From IMG/VR virus record IMGVR_UViG_3300037462_000828, positions 1-64,000 of that record: 64,000 bases of DNA; one strand, written 5' to 3'. This document shows positions 56,153 through 64,000 of the stretch, one piece after another. The DNA comes from a virus. The stretch's first letter is position 1, and each line of letters opens with the position of its first letter. Made by a program: the position numbers and the translations under genes. The notes under the pieces were generated by a model. The model was not told the DNA's origin and did no database searches. It saw only the letters and a program-made list of their open reading frames with translations.

Positions 56153-57378
56153 GCGGCGAGCCCTGGATCGCGCTCTCGGTCAAGTCGAAGCGGCACCCGA
56201 AGGTCGCGCCGCTGAGCGACGCTGCCTACCGGGTCTGGATCGCCTCGCTGCTCTACTGCCGCGAGTACACGACCGACGGCGTCGTCACGCCGGACAAGAT
56301 CCGCGACCTGATGGCCGAGGTAACGACGTGCCGCCGGCCGGCGAAGCTCATCGACGAACTATGCGCTCTCGGCCGCTGGGTGGCCAAGCCGGGCGGCGGC
56401 TGGAGCGTGCGCAACTACGCGTCGTGGCAGCAGACGCGCGAAGAGATCCGAGCCGACAGCACCGGGGCGGCCGGGCGTATGCGCGCCAAGCGGGCGCGCG
56501 ACGCGGCGAAGGGCGTCGCCGAGCCGCCGCCGCCCCCCCGGGCGCCGCTCGAAAGCGGGGTGTTTCCGTCCGAAAACGCCGCGATTACCGCCGGTAAATC
56601 GGCGGAAAATCCTGAGAAAATCGCCGAGTTTTCGGCCGAAAATCTCGGCAAAAGTTGCCCAACCAAAAACGTGCCACACGCTGTTTTTGGCTCCAAAGCC
56701 GCTTCCGTTACGGGCGTAACCTCGCGTGCGCCTTCGCGTGAGCCCGCGTCAGATCTTAGATCTCTAGATCGAGAGAGTAGAGAAGAAGAGATCCAATCCC
56801 CCCCCCTACCCCCCGCCGTGCCGGCCGAGTCGTCGGCCGGGGCCCGGGGCCCGGGGGGGGGAGGGGGTTTGCCGGTCGAGGGTTCCAAGCCGGTCGGCCC
56901 GACGCCGGGCCACGGCGGGGCCGTCCCGGCCCAGACCGCCGCCGGACGGCCCGGCGCCTACCCCCCGGCCGGCGAGGGCCGCCAAGGGGCGCCTACGGCC
57001 GACCCGGCCCCCCTGCTCGCCGGGAGCCTCGGCCCGAGCGCGGCGGCGATCCTCGCCGCCCTCGAGGCCTGCCCGGCGCTCGCCGAGATCGCCCGGCCGG
57101 CGCTCGCCCAACAGCTCGCCGCCCACGTCGACGGCGGCTCGAAACGGCTCTCGTGGGTGCTCGCCGCCATCGCCAAGGCCGGCAAGACGGCCGCGACCGA
57201 CAACGCGACCGACCAGCCCATGCCGGCCCGAACCCTCGGGCGGTTCGTCGAGGGGGCCGTCGCGAGGTGCGGCGACCCGGCCCAGACCGCGGTGGCGAAG
57301 CCCGGCGGTGCAGCCCCGTGGCGCCCAGGCGGCGGCGCGCCGTACCACGCCCCCCCCAAAACCAAGATGAGCGCCTGA
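56149..57378 (+). CDS. phage replication initiator protein (lambda O-like architecture)
   Basis: N-terminal HPK...LS..A.R.W...L.YC....TDG domain, low-complexity linker carrying repeats, directly upstream of DnaB. Confidence 0.7.
   Translation: MSGEPWIALSVKSKRHPKVAPLSDAAYRVWIASLLYCREYTTDGVVTPDKIRDLMAEVTTCRRPAKLIDELCALGRWVAKPGGGWSVRNYASWQQTREEIRADSTGAAGRMRAKRARDAAKGVAEPPPPPRAPLESGVFPSENAAITAGKSAENPEKIAEFSAENLGKSCPTKNVPHAVFGSKAASVTGVTSRAPSREPASDLRSLDRESREEEIQSPPLPPAVPAESSAGARGPGGGGGLPVEGSKPVGPTPGHGGAVPAQTAAGRPGAYPPAGEGRQGAPTADPAPLLAGSLGPSAAAILAALEACPALAEIARPALAQQLAAHVDGGSKRLSWVLAAIAKAGKTAATDNATDQPMPARTLGRFVEGAVARCGDPAQTAVAKPGGAAPWRPGGGAPYHAPPKTKMSA
56570..56795. other. putative replication origin within the initiator gene
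   Basis: AT-richer patch; G(A/T)AAATC at 56594, 56605, 56616 and 56638; AGATC at 56751, 56758, 56766 and 56789. Confidence 0.55.
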
Positions 57379-57379
57379 C

Positions 57380-60028
57380 ATGACCCAACCCATGCTCTCG
57401 CCCGGCGGCCGCGTGCCCCCGCACGATCTCGATGCAGAGTCGGCCGTTCTCTCGGCCGTGATGCTCGAGCCCAAGGCGCTCGGCCGCGTCGCGCCGATCC
57501 TGCGCGCCGGCCCCGAGTCGTTCTACTCGCCGGCGAACCGGCGCATCTACGAGGCCTGCGTCGCGCTCGCCAAGGTCGGCACGCCGATCGACGTGGTCAC
57601 GGTCGCCGGCTGGCTCAAGGATCGCGAGCGTCTCGCCGAGGTCGGCGGCGTGCCGTACCTCGGCGCGATCGTCGACTCGGTGCCGAGCGTCGCGAACCTC
57701 GAGGCGTACGCCAAGCGCGTCGCCGACAAGAAAAAAAAGCGCGACATGATCGCCCTGCTCCGGGCGATGGCGGCCGAGGGCTACGACGACGAGGGCGACG
57801 CCGACGCGTGGTGCTCGACCGTCGCGCACGCCGCCTCGCGCGTCGCTTCCGAGGGCGTCAAGAGCCGTTCGCGCAAGCTCTTCGACGTAGCCAAGGGCGT
57901 TTTCGAAGACCTGAGCGCCGGCAAAAAGACGGGCGTGCCGACCGGATACGCGGTCTTCGACCGAGCGACGAGCGGGGGGCCGCGGCCGGGCGATCTTATC
58001 GTCGTCGCGGGCCGACCCGGCATGGGTAAGGCGCAGCCCCTCGAGGCCCCCGTCCTGACCCCGACGGGGTGGCGTCCGATGGGCGACCTTCGCGTCGGCG
58101 ACCGAGTCGTCGGCGCCGACGGGCGTCCGTGCTTCGTTACGGGCGTTTTCCCCCAGGGCGAGAAGGACGTCTACCGTGTTGTCGTCGACGACGGGTCGTC
58201 GGCCGAATGCTGCGACGACCACCTGTGGCTGACCCGCACGAAGGCCGACCGCAAGGCCAGCCGCGTCGGGACGGTCAAGACGCTTTCGGAGGTGCGGCGT
58301 CGCCTGCGCGTTGGCGCCCACGCGAACCACAGCCTGCCGTTCGTGGGGCCCGTCGAGTTCGACGCGCCAGCCGAACTCGCCCTCGACCCGTACGTGCTCG
58401 GCGTCTACCTCGGCGACGGATCGTACGAGGGCCAGAACAGCGTGTCGATCCATACGCCGCAGGTCGACGTGCAAGAGCGCGTCGCCGAGCGCCTGCCCGT
58501 GGGCGATCAGACGTCGCCGATGGAACTCGGCGTGCGGATCAAGAGCCGGGTATTTTCACGCGGCGGGTCGAGCACGGCGAACGCGCTTCGGGCGCTCGGC
58601 CTCGCCGGCCTCGAGGCGCACGAAAAGTTCATTCCGCCGTCGTACCTGAGGGGCACCGTCGAGCAGCGATGGTGGCTGCTGCGCGGCCTCTGCGACACCG
58701 ACGGGTACGTCACCGACCCGAGCGGCAAGTCGATCGAGTACACGACGGCCTCGCCAGCGCTGCGCGACGGCGTGACCGAACTCGCGCGATCGCTCGGCGG
58801 TCGCGTGTCGTGCGTCGAGAAGCGCCCGACATACGAGTACCTCGGCGAGAAGCGCGAGGGGCGACTCTGCTACCGCCTCAACGTTGCGTTCCCCGCCGGC
58901 GGCGCCACGCCGGTGGCCGCGATCAAGCACCTGATCAAGTGGCGACCCTCCCCTTCGCGCGTCACCGAGCGGTACGTCGAGCGCGTCGAGTTCGTTGGGC
59001 GCAAAGCGTGCCAGTGCATCGCCGTTTCCGCGCCCGACCATCTCTACGTCACCGAAGGGTTTTTGGTCACGCACAATACGGCTTGGACGATGGGCGCCGT
59101 CGCCGGCGCGTGGCTCGACGAGACGTTCGCCGAGCAGTCGGCGTCGCTCTTTTTCACGCTCGAGATGCCGGCCGCGCAAATCGCCCTGCGGCACCTCTGT
59201 TCGGAGACCGGCGTCAGCATCGGCGACATGCGCAAGGGCCGGCTCGGGGCCTACCGGCGCGACCCGTTCGACCGGGGCGAGCACCCGACGGACGGCTGGG
59301 CGCTCCTGACCGAGCAGATGTCGTGGCTCGCGCAGAGCGACGCGCCGGTGTGGCTCTATGACCAGTCGGGCGTGACGATCGAGGGGGTCTGCGCCGAGGC
59401 CCGGCGCGTCGCCGCCGAGGCGGCCGCCGAGCGCGAGCCCGACGTGCCTGCTCAGATCGACGCCTACGGCAACGTCGTCGCGCCGGGTCGCAAGGGCCGA
59501 CCGCGTAAACTCCGCGTTATCGCGGTCGACTACATCGGGCTCGTCGAGGAGCAGGCGAGCCGCTCGCGGTCGGAAACGCGCGAGCAGCAGGTCGCGCTCG
59601 TGACGCGCACGCTCAAGAACCTGGCGAAAGAACTCGACTGCGTCGTCTACGCCCTCTCGCAACTCAACCGCACCGTCGAGCAGCGCGCCGACAAGCGCCC
59701 CCTCATGAGCGACCTGCGCGAGTCGGGGGCCATCGAGCAGGACGCGGACATGGTCGCCATGCTCTACCGCGACGAATACTACAACGGCGACGACGAGCTT
59801 ACGGTCGACGCGGCCGAGGGAAGCGAGGCGTTTCTGCGCGGCGAGCGCGAGGTCAAGGCGTCGAACCGCAACATCGCCGAAGTGCTTATTCGCAAGTTCC
59901 GCAACGGCGAGACGCAGGGCCTTTACATGCTGTTTCACGGGCCGACGACCAGCTTTTCGAGCCTGCGCGACCACCCCCTCTTGCGCGCGATGCCCCGCCG
60001 CGACGACGAAGATGGCGAGGCCGCTTAA
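57380..60028 (+). CDS. dnaB: replicative DNA helicase DnaB (intein-containing)
   Basis: PPHDLDAESAVL N-domain; GRPGMGK|T P-loop; VDYIGL, LSQLNR, SDLRESGAIEQDAD and KFRNG motifs. Confidence 0.97.
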   Translation: MTQPMLSPGGRVPPHDLDAESAVLSAVMLEPKALGRVAPILRAGPESFYSPANRRIYEACVALAKVGTPIDVVTVAGWLKDRERLAEVGGVPYLGAIVDSVPSVANLEAYAKRVADKKKKRDMIALLRAMAAEGYDDEGDADAWCSTVAHAASRVASEGVKSRSRKLFDVAKGVFEDLSAGKKTGVPTGYAVFDRATSGGPRPGDLIVVAGRPGMGKAQPLEAPVLTPTGWRPMGDLRVGDRVVGADGRPCFVTGVFPQGEKDVYRVVVDDGSSAECCDDHLWLTRTKADRKASRVGTVKTLSEVRRRLRVGAHANHSLPFVGPVEFDAPAELALDPYVLGVYLGDGSYEGQNSVSIHTPQVDVQERVAERLPVGDQTSPMELGVRIKSRVFSRGGSSTANALRALGLAGLEAHEKFIPPSYLRGTVEQRWWLLRGLCDTDGYVTDPSGKSIEYTTASPALRDGVTELARSLGGRVSCVEKRPTYEYLGEKREGRLCYRLNVAFPAGGATPVAAIKHLIKWRPSPSRVTERYVERVEFVGRKACQCIAVSAPDHLYVTEGFLVTHNTAWTMGAVAGAWLDETFAEQSASLFFTLEMPAAQIALRHLCSETGVSIGDMRKGRLGAYRRDPFDRGEHPTDGWALLTEQMSWLAQSDAPVWLYDQSGVTIEGVCAEARRVAAEAAAEREPDVPAQIDAYGNVVAPGRKGRPRKLRVIAVDYIGLVEEQASRSRSETREQQVALVTRTLKNLAKELDCVVYALSQLNRTVEQRADKRPLMSDLRESGAIEQDADMVAMLYRDEYYNGDDELTVDAAEGSEAFLRGEREVKASNRNIAEVLIRKFRNGETQGLYMLFHGPTTSFSSLRDHPLLRAMPRRDDEDGEAA
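58031..59077 (+). mobile_element. intein (349 aa, Ala1/class 3 type) with LAGLIDADG homing endonuclease, inserted in the DnaB P-loop
   Basis: GK|AQPL...DDHLW...CQCIAV...VTHN|T; LGVYLGDG and LRGLCDTDG motifs. Confidence 0.93.
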
Positions 60029-60094
60029 CGCGCCGGCCGGGCGGCCGTTGACCTTGGGCGAAGGGCCCGCCGAGCGCGGGCCGGAAAGGCACCA

Positions 60095-61603
60095 ATGTTT
60101 ACCGACATGGCAAAGAGGGCGCGCGTCGAGGCGTGGGCCGCGGGCCTGCCGAAGGGGGCCGTCGTACTCGCCTCGGGCACGACCGAGGACGCGGCGGCCG
60201 ACCTCGGAAGCGAGATCGCTCGGGCCGTCGCGGCGTCGGGCCGCATGGTCACGACATGGTCGATCTCCCCGCGCGACGCGCAACTCGACCCGGTCGACGT
60301 CCGGCGCTACGCGCGCTCGTCGCGCAAGACGATCGTCTGCGTCCTCGACCCGGCGCGCGCGGCGCCCTCGGGCCTCGAGCACGAGGCCGACGCGCACCTC
60401 GCCGACGGCGCCGACCTCGTCGTCGTCAAGAGCCGCACCGGGCAGGTCGGCCCCTTGCCGCCCGCCGAGACGACGGCGCCCGAGGGGCCGGCCGAACTCG
60501 CGGCGCGTATGAAGCGCCTCGCGGCCGTCGCGACCGACGGCCCGTGGGTCATCGCGGGCGTGCTCGGCGACGAACCACCCGACGCCGACGGGCGCGCGCG
60601 CGTCAAGTGCGACTGGCACCCGCCCGCGGCGAAGCTCTACGACGAACTCTCCGTCGGCTCGCGCTTGCCGGTCGACGGCGACGACGGCCTCTTCGTCTGC
60701 CGGGGCATGACGGGCCCGAACCGGGCCAACAACGCCGCGTTCCTCGCGGCGTGCCGCGAGGGCGTACCCGCGCTTTGCGCGGCGCTTGTGCGTGCGCTCA
60801 AAGAGGGGTCGGAGTCGCGCGCCCTTCGGGCTCAACTCAAGGATCAACTCGACCAGGCGTCGGCCGCGCACGAGGCGGAGATACGAGCCATCGACGAGGC
60901 GCTCGAGGCGTCGGCGACCGTCGGGGGTGCGTTCGATAGCCCGGTCGCCGGGCACCCCGAGATCATTCGCGAGATCGTCGCCGAACGCAACGCGGCGCGC
61001 GCCGACAACGCGGCCCTGCGCGCCGAACTCGCCGCCGTGCGCCTCACCGAGGCGAACCTGCGCGAGGCGCTGACCGACCTCCGCGTTTCGTCGCAAGCGA
61101 TCGCCTCGACCTACGACCACGACGCCGACGCCGTCAGCGATTGGAACTATCTCGGCCGCGACATCAACGCCGCCGGCAAGGCGCTCGCCTACGTGCCGGG
61201 CCCCGACGCCGAGCGCCCGGCCCCCGTGCCCGCGATCGACGTGCTGCGCAAGATCGCCGGTCTCTTCGAAGGGGGCGACCTCGCGTTCGTTCGGGAGCAC
61301 GCCAAGGGCGACGACGAGGCCGCTGGCTTCGCCAAGGCGATCGCGATGGCCGTCGAGTGGGCGCGCCTCGCGCTCGCCGGCGTCGAACGACCGATCCCCC
61401 ACGTCTTGCTCGAGGTCGAGGCGGCGATGGATCGGGCCCGCGCCGACCTGGACGCTCACGCGCTCGGGAGAGGGGCTCTCGACGCTGTTGCCGCGGGCGC
61501 CCAAGACCCCGACGCGGCCGTCTTTCAGGCGGCGAAGCGGGTCGTCTACGCCGAGCGCGTACTCGCCGCGGCTGGTTCGGTCGGCAAGGAAGGCGGCGCG
61601 TGA
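60095..61603 (+). CDS. multidomain protein with an Ead/Ea22-like segment and coiled-coil
   Basis: ATDGPW...NAAFLAACR..VPAL motif. Confidence 0.55.
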   Translation: MFTDMAKRARVEAWAAGLPKGAVVLASGTTEDAAADLGSEIARAVAASGRMVTTWSISPRDAQLDPVDVRRYARSSRKTIVCVLDPARAAPSGLEHEADAHLADGADLVVVKSRTGQVGPLPPAETTAPEGPAELAARMKRLAAVATDGPWVIAGVLGDEPPDADGRARVKCDWHPPAAKLYDELSVGSRLPVDGDDGLFVCRGMTGPNRANNAAFLAACREGVPALCAALVRALKEGSESRALRAQLKDQLDQASAAHEAEIRAIDEALEASATVGGAFDSPVAGHPEIIREIVAERNAARADNAALRAELAAVRLTEANLREALTDLRVSSQAIASTYDHDADAVSDWNYLGRDINAAGKALAYVPGPDAERPAPVPAIDVLRKIAGLFEGGDLAFVREHAKGDDEAAGFAKAIAMAVEWARLALAGVERPIPHVLLEVEAAMDRARADLDAHALGRGALDAVAAGAQDPDAAVFQAAKRVVYAERVLAAAGSVGKEGGA

Positions 61604-62118
61604 CGGCCGACAAGCGCGTCGCCGTCCGGGTCGACGCCATTACGCCAGGCCCGTTCTCGGGCGAGCGCGTCTGGGCCGTTGCGTCGGCCGACGGCGGCGA
61701 GCCCATCGTCGGGATCGCCCCGACGGCGTGGTGTCACGACGGCAACCTCGTCAACGCGACCGCGATCGAAGGCGACGCGCCCGAGGGCTTCGTTGACGTC
61801 TCCCTGCCCGTTGGCCAAGGGTGCTGCGACGTCTATCGCGTCCCGGCCGATCGCGTCGTTCCCCGACCCGGGTCGGCCGGCGCACTCTCGGCCGAGGTCG
61901 CCCGGCTGCGGGCCGAGAACGATCGGCTGCGCGACCTACTCGACCGCGCCGGCGAGACGCTTTCGATCGCCCGCGGGGCGTGCCAGGACGCGAGCCTTCA
62001 GCCCGGCGATCGGTACGGTACGGCGGTCGCGCGCATCGACCGCCTCTTCGACGAGTTCAGCGCGAGCCCCGACAAGCGCCGCGGACCCTTACGGGTCGGC
62101 GGGGGCGGCCGTTGGTAG
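61600..62118 (+). CDS. hypothetical protein
   Basis: GTGA coupling with AAGGAAGG SD. Confidence 0.55.
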   Translation: MTADKRVAVRVDAITPGPFSGERVWAVASADGGEPIVGIAPTAWCHDGNLVNATAIEGDAPEGFVDVSLPVGQGCCDVYRVPADRVVPRPGSAGALSAEVARLRAENDRLRDLLDRAGETLSIARGACQDASLQPGDRYGTAVARIDRLFDEFSASPDKRRGPLRVGGGGRW

Positions 62119-62133
62119 GGGTAGGAGGCTACG

Positions 62134-62751
62134 ATGCTCGAACCGAAACCACGCCGACCCGCCAAAGACCCTACGCCCTCGCGCCCGACAGCGGCGATCC
62201 GCCGGGGCGGCCGCCTTACCCGCAACGACGGCGTTTCCCTTCGCCGCTACCCTCGGGGCGGCGGCCGATTCTTTTTCGTGAGCGCACTCGGCCGTATCGC
62301 CGGGCGATCGTCGGTCGTCGTCGACTTTTTCGACGTCATGGCCGACGCGCGCGCCCGCCTCGAGGCGGGTTGCGTGCTCTTTGTTCTCGACCGGCCAGGG
62401 CCCGACGGCCTGCCCGAGGCGTGCGCGGTCGCCGCCCGGGCGTGGGGCTACGGCCGCGCCGAGGCGGTCTACCTCAACCCGGGCGGCTCCGGCGCCGTCG
62501 GCTACGTCGACCCGGTCGTCGCCGTCGGGCGCAGGGGCGCCCTCGCGCGGGCGTCGCGCATCGTCGCCGCCTGGGGGGATGCGTCGAGCGCCGCCCTATC
62601 GTTCCACGACCTCTGGGCCGAGGGCCGCCCCGTTGGCGCGATGGCCCTCGGCCCCCGCGGCGAGCCCGTCAAGCCGGCCGACGCGCCGACCCCGGGCGCC
62701 GGTCCCGTGCCGTTTCTCGACGACTTCGGGGGCGCCCGTGGCGGCGCGTAA
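62134..62751 (+). CDS. divergent DUF1643-like protein
   Basis: ARAWGYG...V.L and RIVAAWG...LG..GEP.KP resemble the DUF1643 C-terminal half; the NPSTA motif is missing. Confidence 0.4.
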   Translation: MLEPKPRRPAKDPTPSRPTAAIRRGGRLTRNDGVSLRRYPRGGGRFFFVSALGRIAGRSSVVVDFFDVMADARARLEAGCVLFVLDRPGPDGLPEACAVAARAWGYGRAEAVYLNPGGSGAVGYVDPVVAVGRRGALARASRIVAAWGDASSAALSFHDLWAEGRPVGAMALGPRGEPVKPADAPTPGAGPVPFLDDFGGARGGA

Positions 62752-62949
62752 GCGAGGCAAGGCCGAGTGCGTGCTCGACGCGGCGCGCCACGTGCGCATG
62801 GCCGAGCACGCGCTCCAGGGCGTCGCCGATACGATCCTTTCGGCCGGGTCGAGCCGATCGCCGGAAACCGAAGAGGAGTGCCTGCGCGACGCGGCGCTAC
62901 GCATTCGCCTAGCCCTTAGCGACTTGGCGGCCGAGAAAAAGGCCCCCCG

Positions 62950-63513
62950 ATGACGAGCCCGAGCCTACCCGATCTTGTCGACCTCGCGCGCGAGGTGCTC
63001 GGCGTGCGAGCCGTCAAGTGGCGCAACGCCGACAAGTTTACGCTTCATCATATCCCCCGCTACGGCGCGGGGCACGACAGCCGCAAGCGCGTCGTCGAGT
63101 CGGGCCTCTCCCGCGAGGATCTCGCCGCGCGCGTGCTTGAGGCGGCCGACCGAAGCGCCGTCGAAGCCGTGGCCAGCGTAAACTGGGCGCGCGATGCGCT
63201 CGACGTGCTTGTCGCTCGGCACCGAAAAGAATCGGAGGCCGCGTCGGCGGCTATCGACGAGCGACGGGCCGAGGCGAAGCGCCTCTACAACCTACGCGCC
63301 CGCGTGCGCGACGAACTCGGCGTCGGCCCCGGCGACGAGGAGGCCGACCCGCCGCCCTACGCGGCGCCCGCCGAAGGCGTTCCGGGCCGCGAGCGTTGCC
63401 GCCCCCGTCACGGGTCGTGCGGCAAGACGTGGCCGCATAGCGGCGGCTGCAACGCAAGCGCCGGGCCCTTCGCCGGCCAGCCCTACCCGCCCGGGGGCGA
63501 CGACGATGGCTAG
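62950..63513 (+). CDS. hypothetical protein
   Basis: ATGA coupling. Confidence 0.55.
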   Translation: MTSPSLPDLVDLAREVLGVRAVKWRNADKFTLHHIPRYGAGHDSRKRVVESGLSREDLAARVLEAADRSAVEAVASVNWARDALDVLVARHRKESEAASAAIDERRAEAKRLYNLRARVRDELGVGPGDEEADPPPYAAPAEGVPGRERCRPRHGSCGKTWPHSGGCNASAGPFAGQPYPPGGDDDG

Positions 63514-63862
63514 GCGCGGCCTTCGCCTGGGGCCGACGGCGCGCCCGCTCGGCATTCAAATCTGCTCGAGCGACGACGACCGCGCCATCCTGTCGAAGGG
63601 GCACCACGACCCCGACGTTTTCATGGCGCAGGCGCGCGCCGACGGCTTCGACCTCGCGTGGGCCCGGCTCGGGCAGCCGAAGCACGTCTGGTACCGGGCC
63701 GTGCCGAAGCACCCGGGCAGCGGCGATACGAGCTACGTCGAGGTCGCGCCCCGGTCGCGGGGCGCCTTCGCGGCGACCGTCGCGTGGGAGACCTACGACG
63801 CGGGCGACCTCTACGGCATTCCGATGCCGCCCGTCGGCGGCTGGGAGACTCTCGATGTCTAA
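63506..63862 (+). CDS. hypothetical protein
   Basis: Overlapping start; coding-like composition. Confidence 0.55.
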   Translation: MARRGLRLGPTARPLGIQICSSDDDRAILSKGHHDPDVFMAQARADGFDLAWARLGQPKHVWYRAVPKHPGSGDTSYVEVAPRSRGAFAATVAWETYDAGDLYGIPMPPVGGWETLDV

Positions 63863-64000
63863 CACGAACAAGGTATCGATGTTTGCGGGCCTCGACGCGC
63901 TTCTCGAAGGCAAAGCGGCCGACGCGGCGGCGCTCTTCGCCTCGGCGCTCGGCGGCGTGTGGCCGCCCCGCCGCGCGCTCAAGCTGGCGCTGTGGGGGGT

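Noticed and set aside
52676-61504. Very long antisense or alternate-frame ORFs (e.g. 58556-61504, 52676-55078; similarly 12482-14617 and 24927-27203)
   Set aside because: These are Arg/Pro/Ala-rich shadow frames expected at this GC content, overlapping well-supported genes.
1-64000. tRNA/rRNA genes, CRISPR arrays, integrase/att sites, stop-codon recoding
   Set aside because: None recognisable by eye. TAA, TAG and TGA all end well-supported genes. tRNAscan-SE and Infernal would be needed to exclude small RNAs formally.

Overview
The window is most of the genome of a very GC-rich tailed phage with a contractile tail (myovirus). No terminase, portal, major capsid or integrase gene is recognisable, so these presumably lie outside the window. 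There are three blocks. (1) + strand, 1-24.9 kb, late genes: head-tail joining proteins, tail sheath, tube and chaperones, tape measure, baseplate and tail fibres, then a lysis region interleaved with a DEDDh exonuclease, a metallophosphoesterase and a DNA methyltransferase. (2) - strand, 25-53.2 kb, early/accessory genes: many small ORFs plus NadD, dNMP kinase, a Dam-family MTase, RusA, HNH, MazG, SLOG, ATP-grasp, DUF5131, DUF488 and DUF1643 proteins. (3) + strand, 53.4-64 kb, replication genes: HNH, a replication initiator with an internal origin-like region, and DnaB carrying an Ala-start (class 3) LAGLIDADG intein. The most striking unannotated structure is in the early block. Six related sigma70-type promoters (TTTACA/TTGACC-N16/17-TAGGTT) each carry a palindromic operator-like site (TACG[A/C]C-N5-G[G/T]CGTA). 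Four of them also share a 5' stem-loop and drive short arrays of small orphan genes separated by a repeated bulged-hairpin element (7 copies, two identical over 43 bp). A tandem ribbon-helix-helix gene sits behind a perfect copy of the operator. The host is inferred, not shown, to be a high-GC diderm, possibly a myxobacterium. All protein family calls come from motif recognition by eye; no database searches were run.
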